Below are positions 9,753 to 23,989 of a stretch of 64,000 nt of DNA, one piece after another (positions within the stretch are counted from its first letter, which is position 1; each line of letters begins with the position of its first letter). The notes under the pieces were generated by a model. The model was not told the DNA's origin. It ran no database searches and saw only the letters and a list, made by a program, of their open reading frames with translations. Origin of the DNA: Dipteris shenzhenensis (Eukaryota); assembly GCA_047967505.1 (NCBI GenBank), contig CM106538.1; one strand, given 5' to 3'. The position numbers were made by a program, and so were the translations under genes.

Positions 9753-12700
9753 CTGTTGGGAAGAATATAGGCAGCTCAGATTAATTGGTAATGGTTCTTC
9801 TGTTTCATACGTCTGACTGATTTGTGTTCACTTGGTGGTTGCACCATCAAGGGCAGCTTATGTTAAAATTGCATGTTTTAGGGGACGTTTCCAGGCATCA
9901 TTATGAGAGGTAGCTGTCACTCAGGTCTATTGTTGCATTCTCTAATTCAGTGATTTGTTCCCACAATAAAATAAAAGAAAGTTCTTCGGTCAAAGCTGGC
10001 AGGACTGATTGCAGAAGTCTTAAATATTGTGGAGGAAGTACATCTGTTCATCTTCAAATGTGAAGAGGTCTTATCTTTAATTTTTTCCGTCCTGTCTTGA
10101 TGCGGATTGTCTAGGTGATAGCTCTTGAAAGTGTTGTGGAATGCAGTCAAGCTCGATTTTGGGAAATGGTTCCAGGGTTCGTTGTTGGAACGCTTCTCAT
10201 ACGGGTACTGGATTAGCAACAAGATCGGCTGTTCTTGATTAAAACAATTTAATTACTATCTGTAGTCCCTTTGCTTAATTCCATTTTCTTGGTTTAAGTG
10301 ACATGGCATGATGCAACCCTGTAGGTGAAGACAGACACAGACGAGCAAAGAGTGCTGAAACATGTGCACAGTGTCTATAATGACATTGGAATAATAAAAG
10401 ATCTCACAGTGCAGATCGACACACAATATTGACTCCAGGGATAGTGATTGTGAGTCTTTGTTATGGATTCATCTAAAGGGTCTTCGTTTGATGACCTCTT
10501 TTACAGGACACAGGCTTCTTAAGCTGCACACAGCATCATCAATGTCCAATTTTATTTGTGTATAGAAATGACTTGTCCTTTTCAACTATTATTAAAGCAT
10601 TTCGATGATGCAGAAAATGAGAACGCACGTCCCTCTGATCACTGACAGATCTATGGATGGTGCACAGGGTCAATTTGACACGATAACATGTTGGAAGGCC
10701 TTTCATGGTTCTTTTTAGTACTCTTTTCAAGGGTGCTCATATTTTTATTTATAAAGAGGCCTTTTTTGTAGCATATTTAACCCATCAAGGTTATGGACAG
10801 CTAACTTTGGATCCCATGAGCATGTATTTGCTAGATGTAAGTGGAGTCTAACCCACCAAAACAATGCACATGGACGTCTGTATGAAGTCTCATTTTGAAA
10901 AGTCTTCTTTTGCCAAGCATGATGGGTAATGAAGGCATGATTTGAAGTACTTGCTCAGCCAATTCACGTTTTTATGTAATGATGTCCAAGATTTGCAAGA
11001 TGTGTGCAAATTCATCTTCAGAGAGATTTTGCATGTGTTAGAATCCTTCAGGACTTGGTCATCATCATTAAGCACGATAAATTTGTCATATGCTTGTTTC
11101 TAAAGCAAAATGGATGTTCCATGACAAATGTTTTGGATTTTTCGTACACATACCATGACTTCGTTGATTAAGTCCCATGAATCGTTTAATTTGTGCATAT
11201 GTTATTAGTGGTGTGGGGCCTTTTTTATTGTTGTAAGAACATGTTTATGTTGTCCTTGTCTTCCTCTTACCTTGCCCTATCCAGACACATTCGGGTTCTC
11301 TTGTGCTTTCCACCTTCTCTTGTTTCATCTTCTCTCTAGTCTTGGATTTGTGCGAGGCAGTAGTTTAAGTCCTTTGTGTGATCCTATCAAGGAAAAGTTT
11401 ATTATAAGCTTTTTGTGTCATGTAATTGTTATTGTCTTCAAGGTTTTTTTGTTATCTACTTTAGGGCCTTATATAGCTGCTCCACTTCACCACTTGAGTG
11501 TAAAACAACTAATGCTAGAGTTTGTTGTTGCTTTCGGGTTGATGATACTGGCTCCACATGGCCATTGCTATGTACCTACCATGACCTACCATAGTCTCCA
11601 TAGTGTCACCGTAACTTTCCAAGATGTAGTTAGGCCCATCGTGCTCCTTAGGGATGGGAAGATGCTCGAAAGTTACCATAACCTATTTCACACCCTAAAG
11701 TTATAAAATAAAGGAGAACTCACTATTACATAAAAACAATAAACCCTAGCGCACCTCTTTCACAATAACAAGCTCCTTGTTGATTGCATATTTGTACATC
11801 TTCGAAAAATAGATTGCAACAACCTTGCTATTTTGATGGGTGGTTGCTGGTTATCTTCTTTTGTCCAAAGAACACATTTTTTTGCATCGGCTAACCACCA
11901 CCTTGGACATTTGAAAATTTCTATTCTTGAATACCAAGTTTGAAAGCTTGTGTGAATTCTACTTGATATGGAAGGTGACAACCTTCATGTGATGTTAATA
12001 ATATGATTAAACCACGAAGCACATTTGCATAAAAAGTAATTAAAAAAGAATAGTTCACAAAGGTGAAGACATACCTAGTTTTCACTGATAACAAGCTTGG
12101 CCCTAATAGTATGTGGCAAACCATGATGCATATCTGCATTAAGAGGCATAAATTATAATAAAGAATAGTTTACAAATGTGAAGACCAACAAGAGATGATT
12201 GTGGTGAACAATAATTCTTGATGTGCTCTCCCAAGCCTCTCTGGCCTTCACAACTCATCAATGGAGAACAAGAAGTGATTGAGGAACAAGGATCTGCACA
12301 ATAGAAGAGAGAACATTTGGATCACCAGACCTACATGTGGTCAGTCCAAAGTTGGTTGATGGCTAATCCAAAGGCACTAGCAATTTGGTAGCTAGACAGT
12401 GGCAATCCAACTACACTTTTTACGCTAAGTTCTCTCAAAGGCATACTTGTTAGAATCTCCTTGTTTTGAACAAAGGAAACAAAGATACATTCAAGTAGGA
12501 ACCTCAATTCACAAGTGGTCATTGACTTGGATAATAATGATCTAGTTTTATGACTTTCAAGTGGACTTTGGAGACTCCTTGAAAATGACACTCACATGCT
12601 GTGATAAGAAAAAAATAAATTATAGCAAGTTCAACATTCATCTATAATGTGAAGTTTTAAACATCCCCGGTGGACCTTCAAACATACAAACACCTCTAGA

Positions 12701-14623
12701 AGATTCAAATATAAAGAAAGTTGGTTTGCAACAAGCTAGGCTACATGGGAGATGAACAACAAAGCATGCCATTTAACTATTGATTTAAGTTAGCCTCTCA
12801 TGCTCATTATGTATGGATGACTTCAAGGATAAAAGGAACGCTCGTAACTTGATGAGGGCTTGAGGGGGAGCTTAGGGCACATGAAATCACTTGGCACCCA
12901 TCATCTTTTGAACAATCACCAAAGCTTTGTTAGGGTATTGGTCACTCATCAAAGGTGTTGTCCCATCAATTTTAGGCAATGCTCTTCAAAGGGAGATCGT
13001 GGAGATTGAGGTAAGGGGGATGATCATGACAAAGCAATTGAAGCATAAGAGGGAGCTTCCAATTAGAAGATAGACGGTCAAGTGTTCCTACCCGTATGAG
13101 TTCGAGCATTGTGCTAGATTGGAGCAAACAAGTATAAAAGAAAGAAGACCCCAGGAATAGTTGAATAGTATGTGGGTATTGGTGAGGGAATGATATGGCT
13201 CTCTCGATCCATCACGGTGAAAGACAATTGCACGTGCCTTGCAAATGATCTAGTAAGATTCCTTTCTTGATTGCAATTTGAAAGACCAAGATGTTGACGT
13301 AGGTAGTCATCATTGATCTTAATTTATGGGTCATGAGAACCTTATGTAGCTTGCCTTGCAGCAATGTAGTGGCAAGTAATTTGGGCTCATAGTACATTGT
13401 TTGAATGCTATGCTTTAATTGAATGCTAAGCATAGCCCACAATGATCATAAGAAATTATAAGGAAAGGTGATGGAGCACTCTCTCGCTTGGATTGCTAAG
13501 GGATCCTTCTCTTGAGCAATATTTGCTAGTTCCCCATATGAATCCATGGACAACTCACTTTGCCTTCAACGTGATCAAATTTTTATCAACATTAAAATTC
13601 AAGAAAAGATGAAAATGCTAGAATGCAATACAAATCATGATCCTTTCAAAATGGATCCCTTTCTTATACTATTGATTTAGAAAGTATGGCCTAGCCTAGT
13701 TCGTGGTAGGAGGGCCATCTTAACACCACAAATTTTTGGCAAACATAAGCATTACAATGTATGTGTAGGATGTGAAGGTCAACAGGCCCAAGTTGGATCA
13801 ATTTAGGAAATCTCAACTCTTGTCTTGGTGTTTTCCTTATGGTTGATTGACTACAATGATTGTAGAGCATCTAAAGCATTGATTTCATAGAATCCTGTAT
13901 GAGACAAGCAATGACATATGTGGCGATTGGAATCTAGGGGATAGGATCTTATATAGCATTCAACCTATGCTCACGAGCTAGGATGTTGGCATGCAAAGGA
14001 TACGAAGGAGCATCACAAGTCCAAGCACTAGTCATGGTTTTGAAACTTGTGAAGGCTACTAGGAAGTGTGCTCTTGGAGTTATGCTATAGAAGCACTTGG
14101 AATTATGTTATAGAAGCTCTTGGAGGCTTTGTGTGTGAGAGATATAATCGATTGATCACTCTATTATTTAGCTATCAAAGAGTAGGAAATGGTCCCTTCT
14201 TGGCTTGTACTAAACTCGTTCTACAAAAGGCATGCATGAGTACTTGCAGATGTTTTGCATTCACTCATCTCTTGACTATTCGAATTCTTGCTTTGTGTTC
14301 CTTGTGGTCTTTGTTTCATTGTTCACTCTTATGCTCTTGTGGATTGCTAAATATAAGAGTTTCTTGGGATTGGGTCTAAGGGAAGAGCTTGCTTAGCTCT
14401 CATTAAGGTAGGTGTGTCTCTCTTTTTTTATAGATCGATTATAAATTGCCTCAATTGTTGCTTTTCAATTCTTCTAGCTCTCCTTGTGAGCTTCCATGGC
14501 AGGCTCCCTACCTATTGAACTCCTCCTCACTCTTCCCCTCCCTCCTTGCTCCTTACCTTCTCTCCTTTTATCCTTAGCAATTCGGATATCCTAGATTCTC
14601 TTTTGGCAACTAGGGAATCTCCT

Positions 14624-14781
14624 TCATGAAGATTCTCAAACTAGGAAAATTTACTCCCTACTTAGTCTAACTAGGAAGTCAATAACAAATTTCTCTTATA
14701 CGAAAAGTTTCCTATAAAGAGAAATTTGTTATTGATTCCCTAGATAGGAAGTGTATTTTCTTAGAAAGGGAATTTTCATGA
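14624..14781. repeat. Imperfect hairpin/inverted repeat with a 19-bp perfect core
   Basis: TCAATAACAAATTTCTCTT (14679-14697) pairs with AAGAGAAATTTGTTATTGA (14716-14734). The flanks TCATGAAGATT...CTAGGAAAAT and ATTTTCTTAG...AATTTTCATGA extend it. Confidence 0.7.
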
Positions 14782-16849
14782 GTGATGTTCCATTTTCTCT
14801 AGTTTGGAAACTTCTTAGTTATTTTCATTTTTAAGCAACAATTGAAAGTTTGGAGACTTCCTTACAGTGGTAGCTCCGAGTGTCGTGCTCCCATTCGGTG
14901 CCAAGGTATAGATAATATCTTGCTAGGCAGTAACTAGCGTGGCTATTGGGGGAACCTTATGGCGTATATCTTCTTCTTCTTCTTGTGCCTTGACCATGTC
15001 TTAGTGCCCATAGAATAAGCCATTAGCAAGTTTACCTTGTAGAGTGACGCTAGTGGTGTGCCCTTGTGCACATCTTGGTGATGAAAGATGGAAGATGAAG
15101 GTTGTCGCGTGATATGTTAAAAGTAGACAATTGCATGTTGCTTTGACATAGCTCATGCCATGAATTAGCTTATTGCTTCCACCTTCCAGTGTGACAACAA
15201 TGAGCTCTTTTTTCATCAACATTGCTCCCTTTCTGCTAGGCTTACAAACATGTTGATTAGATTTTATCACACACCCGTCAAGTCTATTTTCGAAGTCCAT
15301 TCCCACATGAAAAGGCTACGCGATTAGTTAGCTAAACAAAAAAAATAAATTGACCCATATTTTTGTTTTAGACATGAGGACTTTGTGAAAGCACAAATAA
15401 GCATAGAATATATTGGGCTACCAAAGAGTGGAAGCAACGTGCTAGGGTTCTTTGCATCAAAAGTTCTCCCTAGCAGAACATTGAAGCCTGTAGCTTGCAC
15501 CATACCCTCCAAGAGTACTCAAAGGCTATTGCTATTCCCTTTAAAAACAATTCTTGATACATTTCTGATGCTACATTTCAACTCCAATATTCAATGTAAC
15601 AAGCTTTGATGATCTATACGTTTAAGAATCTATCTTGATATAGACAATCCAAAATGCATTGTCGCTTCTTTTGTTTATTTCATAAATTCTGTTCATTCAT
15701 ATTACTTTGTCCTCTGTCTTGATTAGTATGTAGCTTAGAGATGTCATTTGTTTACATAGTTGAATCATTAGATGTCTCTTCCGTATGATCCACACATCGG
15801 TCCAATCCTAGGGTCTTTCTTACTTTCACAAAAAATTGCTACAATTATCCTTAGACTATGTTCCTTTCACAAAAACTCAGCAATCATAAAAAGGCCTCTA
15901 GCAAGAAATGTCATTCAAAGTGAGAGACATCATATATTGTCTGCAAGCCCATCTTCATTGCTTTGCAACTATTCCAAAAGTTTATCTAGAATATTCGTAT
16001 GGTTGCAATTCTTCTTTGATATCTCAACTTTGGAAATCACTAGTGTTTTAGTGTTTCATCAAGTCAACCACTCAGTAAGAACTACAAAGCGCCATTCCCT
16101 AGCATTTTAAATCTATATGCTCAAATAGGAACCAATGCATATTTAATTGAATTTCAAAGATCGATTTCTAGTTTGTGTTTCTATTACATTGGGATATGAA
16201 ACCATTGCTATACTTCTTGCAATCTTGCCTCTCCTACCTGAACAATCTTGTTGTCCAATTCTTGTTTCAAAGAGTGGTCTTTTACAACCTAAAGTGTGTA
16301 GTATTCAAATAGCCTAAAAAACACATTATGTTTCTTATGATACAACTTCTATGGTTGTGGGTCTACCATGCATGTTTGCTCCAACCTAGTCGAATTTGTC
16401 TAAATTGGTTCTACGCATTCCGATGATGCTTGGCTCTACATAATACTACTCTAAGTCAAACAATATTTTATTTCATCATTTGAATTCTGTTGTTGTGTGT
16501 ATTAAATGCCTAATTATTATTGCATATATTTTGGTATAATCTATCTTTGCTCCTCTATGTGCTAGAGCCATCGATCCTCATATTGATTTGATGATTTTGA
16601 TGACTTAAATTGGGCATCTAGTAATCCATCACGTATCTTCTTTTGTTATACATGTCTCCCACTATTTACCTAGAGGAATGCAAGCCATAGAATTTGGATT
16701 GGATACTCTGAAAGTCTAAAAGCCCAGACTTTGGATTCAATCCTTTTGAATTCTAGACTCTACAAATCTAGGTCCCAAATAAACTAAAGGCTTAGAATCT
16801 AGAGCTTCAAAAAAGTATTATCCTCTTCTTAACAAAATGCGAGTCTCCG

Positions 16850-17060
16850 GTATTTAGAGTATCATCAAACTTCTTTATGTGTTTGTGTATGCACATGCCT
16901 AGAAGTGTGTGCGCATGTGTGTATTCAAAGTGTCACCAAACTTGTGTGTCTATGCACATGCCTAGAGATGTGTGTGTCTTAACAAAATGCAAGTCTTGTT
17001 TATTCAAAGTGTCACCAAACTTGTGTGTCTATGCAAATGCCTAGAGGTGTGTGTGTGTGT
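16850..17060. repeat. Degenerate tandem repeat (about 70-80 bp unit, 3 copies) ending in (GT)n
   Basis: TATTCAAAGTGTCACCAAACTTGTGTGTCTATGCA(C/A)ATGCCTAGAG at about 16922 and 17001, with a decayed copy at about 16851. Confidence 0.7.
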
Positions 17061-19574
17061 GCACCCCTGTGTGTGCATTTTGACTAATCCCATGCTCAAC
17101 TAGGCAAGCTATTTTGAAATTCCCAAAGTGGCCAAAGCTTGAGTCTTCAATGTTTAGTAGGCAATTCCATTTTTACTTCTAAGTTATTAAAGATTATCAT
17201 AAAATATGTTATGTTTAGTAGCAAATGCCATTCTTACTTCTAATTTATTGGAGATTATCATTATATATGCTATGATAGACATCTCCAATTTCCAAATCCC
17301 ATTTCTCAAGTATAAAATTGTATTTCAGTAATAAAAAATGCTAATACTAAAGTCATATTCCTGTTTCAACAATAAAAAACGCTAATACTAAAGTCATATT
17401 CTCGTTCCAAGGTACTCAATGTCCAAGCTGACTTATATAAAAAATGGTTCTACATTCCAAGGAAACAACCCAATTTACATCAGAACCAAAATAAAGTCAG
17501 AATTAAAGACTTAATTCTTTTATTTCTTTATGGATCATACAATTAGCACTTTAGTATTCAAATGATAAGACACTTCAAAAAAACTAGTAGTCTACTATAA
17601 TTTATGGGAAAAATCCCCATGAATCTCCCTCATATGAGTAGTAGAACATCAAAACAAAGACAACATAAGAGGAAAAATGGAATAGCTGTAATATAGCAGC
17701 AAAGTGTACTAAACAGTACTATCTAACAATACTAATTAGTTCTAAAGCAATACCATAGTACCAAACACTGCTAATTGACCTACAAGGCTATAGTAGGGTA
17801 GCCATATGCTACAATATAGTATCAAAAAAATATTTTATAGACTAAAAAGTCCTTCATCCTATTAATACATGAGTATAAGGTCCTAAAGAATGCAAACAAT
17901 GCAAAAATAATTTGTTGGGATGTAGTACTATTTTTATAAAATCATGCATTCTTCCCCATAAATTCCCTCTCATGCAAGGCTTCAAAAGAGCAGTAGAATT
18001 GTAAAACAAAGATAAGATAAGAGGTTTGATGGAAATAGTAGCAAATAAAAAATGAGGACATCATAAAAAGGAACCTCTAGGCCTTTATGAGTGGAACCCA
18101 ACATATCATATATCACAAAAACCCAAAAATTAGAACATAGAGTACAACCTGTGGGATACCCTAAGGTTATCCTTATTTTAAAGAAATATTGGAAAATTAT
18201 TTTGGCTTTTTATCTAGAACATCATCCACAAGTCTAACAATTATATTTTCAAGCGTAGAATCATGCTCAATGTTTGTAGCTCCCTTTCTAAGGGATTTAA
18301 TTATCAAAAAATTAGTTTATAGACAAACAATATGTAGAACCATGTAACTTAGCTTCTTTAATGTACGCTACCTCGCTTTCGTGGAGTACAACTTGTGGGA
18401 TATCCTCAAGCCTGTAACCTTGTTCCAAAACAATGTTCAAAGTAAGGATTCACAGCATCCATCATATACTTATTTGTTTCTAGATTTATCATTAAAAAAA
18501 ACTCTAGTTATTATTCCATTCATTCCCCTTGGGGATGTCTAACTTTAGTGAGCCTGTAATCCTCTATCACTTCGTCTTTTATCATCAAAGAAATTCCATA
18601 GAAAAAGATTGCAAATGCCCTAAAAAAACATTGCTAGATATTTTCGAGAAGTAAAAAATCTCATCTCCTTTATAGACTCTCTTTTGAGAAAACATTATTC
18701 GATTCATCCACATTTGGGGAATATCATCTCAGTAAGCTATTTCCCACCCCACTTCATTTTTTGACATGAGGGAGCACACCATGGTTAAAAATCACATATT
18801 TCTAGAATCATTAGAGACCTTACACTTACAAAAAGGTTATAAAGGCCCAAAAATACCTAGTCATATAGTTCATTGTGGGCAAAAAATTTGATTTTCTTCT
18901 CCTCTTCTATTGATTTATATAATCTTCTTTGGAGAAAACAATGTTCTATTTATTCATATTGGTATATCACATAGTTAGATCATTTGTCATTACTCCTTGA
19001 GGAGTATAAATAATTGTGTTCATTCCATCCACCAACAACAAAGCATATGGAGAGATAAGAAAGTCCATACTATCAAGCCACAAGTAAGTCATTGTATTAC
19101 TCTAGTTTGAGGCAAATCGATCACCAGTGGTGATACTTTCTTGAATATGGCAAGGAATATACAAGCACTCAAATCAAGAGCTCTATAATCAAACATGAAT
19201 GCTTGCCTCTCATCAAACCACAGTCTAAAAGCATAATCCCTCGACTGGCCCCTCTTTTCTTATACAGTGTTTTACTTAGAATGCTTCTACCTTCGTCTAG
19301 TTAACCTAACCATTTAGTTTAGGACTCATTCCAATGCCCCAATCAAGCCCCATAACTCTCCTTTAATTATGCAACCATTGCATTGCAGTACTTCCCATCT
19401 CATCACATTTCTCCTTCTTTTCATCCTTTTTGGTAAAAAACAATAAATTTTCCTTGATTTAAAGTTATTCAGGGAAACTCATGAGTGTGCAAAAAATGTG
19501 TGTGTGTGTGTGTGTATTTATATTAATTTACTTTATGAACACACACACACACATGCACGCACACAAAGAAGCTT

Positions 19575-20039
19575 TGTTGGGGTGGTGCTTCCACTCGCGT
19601 CATGCATGATTGAAGTACAAGCGACAAAGGGAACGTCTAATACTCACAAAGAACCACTTTATAAATTGAAGAAAATACCTAAAGTACAAGGAGATAGTAC
19701 AAGGAGATAGCGACAACAAATTGACTACAAACTCCCCCCCCTAGATGAGTGCCTCATGCTTCCTCATCTAGAGTATTTATAATATTTTCCATTAAAAGAT
19801 TAAGGAGCTAAAATTCTCTCTCTTCCAAAATTAGGGATGCAAGTTTACATAGCCTCTTTGGGCTTTCTTTGTGCCAAAAATGGTTTATGTATTCTACCAA
19901 AAAATATTGCCCCAATATCAATGAAATACAAAATTGGCTCATGGCCAAACAGCACACACCATGCGACACATCAATTGGTACTTTCTTACTAACTCTAATT
20001 CTTGTCATTAGCTCATCATTTGTACTCAAGCCACCAACA
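19575..20039. mobile_element. Possible solo LTR
   Basis: Begins TGTTGG and ends CCAACA; the flanks (AGCTT / CATTA) do not form a clean TSD. Confidence 0.35.
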
Positions 20040-20102
20040 CATTAGTTATTAGCAATCAATTGAATGAATTACCAAATCAATCAGTCCCAATATAATTGTG
20101 CT

Positions 20103-20460
20103 CAAAGTACAATAATAAAAAATAACACCAATAACAGTAGCGACATCAATATTAATATGGAATGACATAATATGGAATGACATACAATATGGGCATCTAT
20201 CATGGAAAAACACAAGCTAGTTAGGCATTCCCAACTAAACCACCCAAGCATGCACTAGAACCCCCATTGTATCTAGTGCGGTTCTATGGTATACTTTGCC
20301 ATAACACAAATAATACCAAAGTACAATAACATCAAGAATAGTAGCAACATCAAATATGGAATGACCCAAAATATGGACCATCTAGCATGGAAAAACACAC
20401 ATTAGTTAGGTATTCCCAACTAAACCACCCAAGCACATTAGAACCCCCACCGCATCTAGT
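20103..20460. repeat. Direct repeat, two diverged copies (about 215-bp period)
   Basis: CAAAGTACAATAA...ATATGGAATGAC...CATGGAAAAACAC...TAGTTAGG.ATTCCCAACTAAACCACCCAAGCA...TAGAACCCCCA...ATCTAGT occurs at 20103-20277 and 20318-20460. Confidence 0.8.
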
Positions 20461-20574
20461 CAAATAAGACTAAAAATAAAATGATATGTATAGCAAGAAA
20501 TATTGGAAGTACAATTGCATAACATCGTCTTGCTTGGAATGTACTGACCTCGGTTATGTGTTTGATTATCGAAA

Positions 20575-21030
20575 CTGATGAGATTTGGAAAAGCTCAAAA
20601 GAACCGTTTAGGCATCCATTGAGCATAATCTCTTGGATAGTTCTTAAACTTGAGCAAATATTTGACATAAGCATCTCATTTTTGGGTCATGATTATTGAT
20701 GATAAATATAGTTCTTCATAATCAATGGGGCCTCTTCATAGATAGGATGTGAAGGTAGAGGTCCCTTGAAGGGTTTCAAAGGCTAATGTGAAAGGCATTA
20801 TGGATTTTTCAACGATCTAGAAATTGAAGCCTACATGCAATGTCATTGATTTTATTAATCAATTTAAATGGTCCATAAAAAATGTGGAGCCATGTTGGAT
20901 GACTGGCCATTTTTCAACACTCTTTAAGCTTCTTTTCTCAATTGACAAAAGAACATAGTCGCCTTCTTTTAAAACCATATGTTTCTTGTTATTGGCTTGT
21001 CTAGTGTACTTCATTTAAGAAATAGTGATG
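20575..21030 (-). pseudogene. Decayed gypsy chromovirus integrase C-terminus plus chromodomain
   Basis: Minus-strand translation across frameshifts: ANNKKHMVLKEGDYVLL...FYGPFKLINKINDIACRLQF..*KIHNAFHISL, then YVKYLLKFKNYPRDYAQWMP...FPNL. Confidence 0.8.
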
Positions 21031-21190
21031 GCTTCTTTGACCTCATGTTTATTTCCATTTTGATGCACAACCCTACATAGCAACCCATGGACTGCAAGAG
21101 AGCATCTTTATCTATGAGCTCACATTCACCAACTCGGCCAAGGGTGTTTAGTTAGTCAACTTGGAATCACAGAGAAAGACCGTCAAAATT

Positions 21191-21208
21191 TGGCGATCCT
21201 ATTAGGGA
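21191..21208 (+). other. Putative tRNA-Arg-type PBS of a decayed non-chromovirus (Tat/Ogre-like) gypsy element
   Basis: TGGCGATCCTATTAGGGA; the same TGGCGATCC start precedes a gag at 42072. Confidence 0.4.
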
Positions 21209-23989
21209 GTGACACACTAGAAATGTTGAGTGGAGAATTGAGAAGATTAACCATAGAAGTCCATAGGATTGAGTGCATAGTTTTCATTACAAATTACTAC
21301 AGAATGTTTCTCGTGGCACAATCTGAGGCTCTTAGCATCATGCAAGCTTGTTTGATGATTGGTGATTAGACTGAGGAGTGCTCTTAGGTGGCTCTTCATA
21401 TCATTCAGTTGTTGCGAGAATGCCTGACATGTGCTCGATGAGGAGAGAAACGTACATGGCAAGATGAGAGGAATACCTACAAAGAGACAGTAAGGAATGT
21501 TAGAATATGGAAGACAAGGAAGCTACCATAATTTAGAGCTAGTACAAGATGACCAATGGAATTGGGAAGATGATCAACTTCCTATGATGATGAGCTCAGA
21601 ATAGACAAATCCTTGGCTACATGCATAGAAGAGTTGTTAGAAATACCAAGAATTGAGCTGAGTCCAAAAGTACATCCAAAATGACCTGAAACTTTCAATA
21701 GAGAGGAAGTTTCTAGGCTCTGGCAGGACAATTCTAAGCAATCATCCATGGAAATTCTTTGTTCTTCTAAATAGTGCGACAGGTCACGACACAGATCAAG
21801 CTACGAGCATAGTTCTCCAAACTGATATTGCAAATCTGGCTCTAAAGTTGGACACATTTGTAGTGGGGTACAATAACAGAGGTCCACATATATGTCAAAG
21901 GCGGATGAATAGAAGACTCAAAATAGTCATAGCCGAGCTTTTGACTAGGATTCAATGCATATGCATAAACACAGGGCATCATGACATCAATTGCTATCAA
22001 AGCAAAGGATAGTTAGTCCTATCCCACCATCAAGGAATTAAACGTTGAGTCCTACACTAGTACATGGATGCGGCCATATGTATCATCAGAGACTGAGGCC
22101 ATCAATACCAAAGGTTCCAGTGGCTACTAGGTGGATGCCAGCTTCTTCAGCAACAAAGGGATATCAACCTAAGCACATCCATACAACAGAGTGTCACCAC
22201 AAAGATGAGCTAAGGAATTACTAGGAAAAATCCAACTGCCTACTATTAAGGTCAAATTGACTACTCCAATCAAAGTCAAATTCCAAGATTTCAAAGGGAT
22301 TGAAGGCCATTATACTTTTAGTCACTTGTAGAGTTATGAGTTTGTCATATCAATGGCACAGTGAAAAAGGAAGAGTACATGAACTACAAACTATGCACGC
22401 TACTAAGTTAATTGAGAAAATGGAACACAAGTCCATTCATGATTATGGGCTGTACTCAGCTTGATCTCAGATCTTCGGAGATAGTCAATCCAACAAAGTC
22501 ATATGAACACTTAATGGATTGAGCTGTTGTACTAGAGAAGAGCACGCCTTCCAAGAAGAAGCCCAAAAAGAAATTTGAAGCAAGTGATGATGAGGATGCC
22601 TCAACTAAGCTTGAAAAGATGAACTCAACTATGAAAAATGCCTTGAAGGAAATGGGCTACCAAGAAAACCGAGCCAAGAAGAGAAATGGTGTAACAAGTG
22701 CTCCAAGAAGGGACATGTCACCAACCAGTTGGAGGTTATAATGTGAGAAGTATTGGCCCTCCAAATGGGGTGGAAGGAGTGCCCATGTCAGTGTATTTTT
22801 GCTATAACCAACTAGATGCTCATGCCATCCACCATACCACATATGAATGCATAATGCCTCATGCTCACATTCCATGCATACAAGAGGTCACAACCTCTCA
22901 CCATCCCTTGGGCATACCCCATTATTCTACCCTTAGCCTATGACACTTTATGCCTACCATTTATTAATGCATACCCATGCATCCCTACCCATTCGTATCC
23001 TAGGACCTACATGTGTGAGTGCTCCATTTATATTAATCAATTAATTCGTGACATCCCCTCTTGCTTGGGGCACAGATGCCCTCATTTGTAAGTAGTCTTC
23101 TTTGCCTTCATGGTGTTTAGTACTCTTTAGGTTCTTGCATAAACTCTCATAAAACATTCTTCAATATTTTTCTTCATGATTGATACTCTTGCCAAACAAA
23201 TCCAACATTAGTATGTTCCTTTTCAATCCACTTTCAAATAACCAATAAAAAGACATAATACTTATCTTTCCATATTGCATTGTCCATGTACTCCTTTGCT
23301 TCACGCATTCTTGCAAAGACTTATCAACTTTACCCATTTGGGTTAGTAGGAAAACCATTTCATTTCTACTAGGAAACCATTTCCTAATGTATCTCTCAAA
23401 TACATATGCTAGGGCCCAAGTGACCAGCTCGGAGCCCTTAATTTTGAGTTGGTTAGTCCCAAAACTTATCAGATCACTGGATCTCGATGAGTATCATTGT
23501 AACTCTTCATAGACCACTAGGTCTCAATTAACACACACAGTCAACATGTGTCCATAACTTACCTAGTGCTTACCAAACTTATAAGATCACCAGATCTCAC
23601 AAATCCACCACCTAGGTAGGACTTCTTTCTAGTGGACTTCTCAACGATCATCCAATTGAATCATAGGTTACTAATCAATGTCCTAATTGCTTGAAATCTC
23701 TTCAAGATCACCAGACCTATGGCCATGTAATCTTCTGTGCAAGGTCACCAGATTTATAGCCATGTATTGGCCACCACTTGCTATACTCAGCAAAAAAAAT
23801 ACCATCTACTAACTTTCCTAACATAACTTCTAGCACCCTCTTGCTTGGGTTGGCTCAACCCAACCTAAGAGAATGAGTTAACTATCTCTAGATCTCTGAC
23901 TTCAACTAAATCTTGGTGAAGGATATTTGTGTACTGTCCATCTAATGCATACTCCATTCCCAAGACTTTGTGATCCATTTCGCTCTTCT

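Noticed and set aside
11760-19000. Possible decayed transposase or retroelement accessory ORFs (e.g. GFNVLLGR at about 15480 minus; 12331-12591; 17.5-19 kb)
   Set aside because: Only isolated motif-like words amid many stops; cannot be assigned without a homology search.
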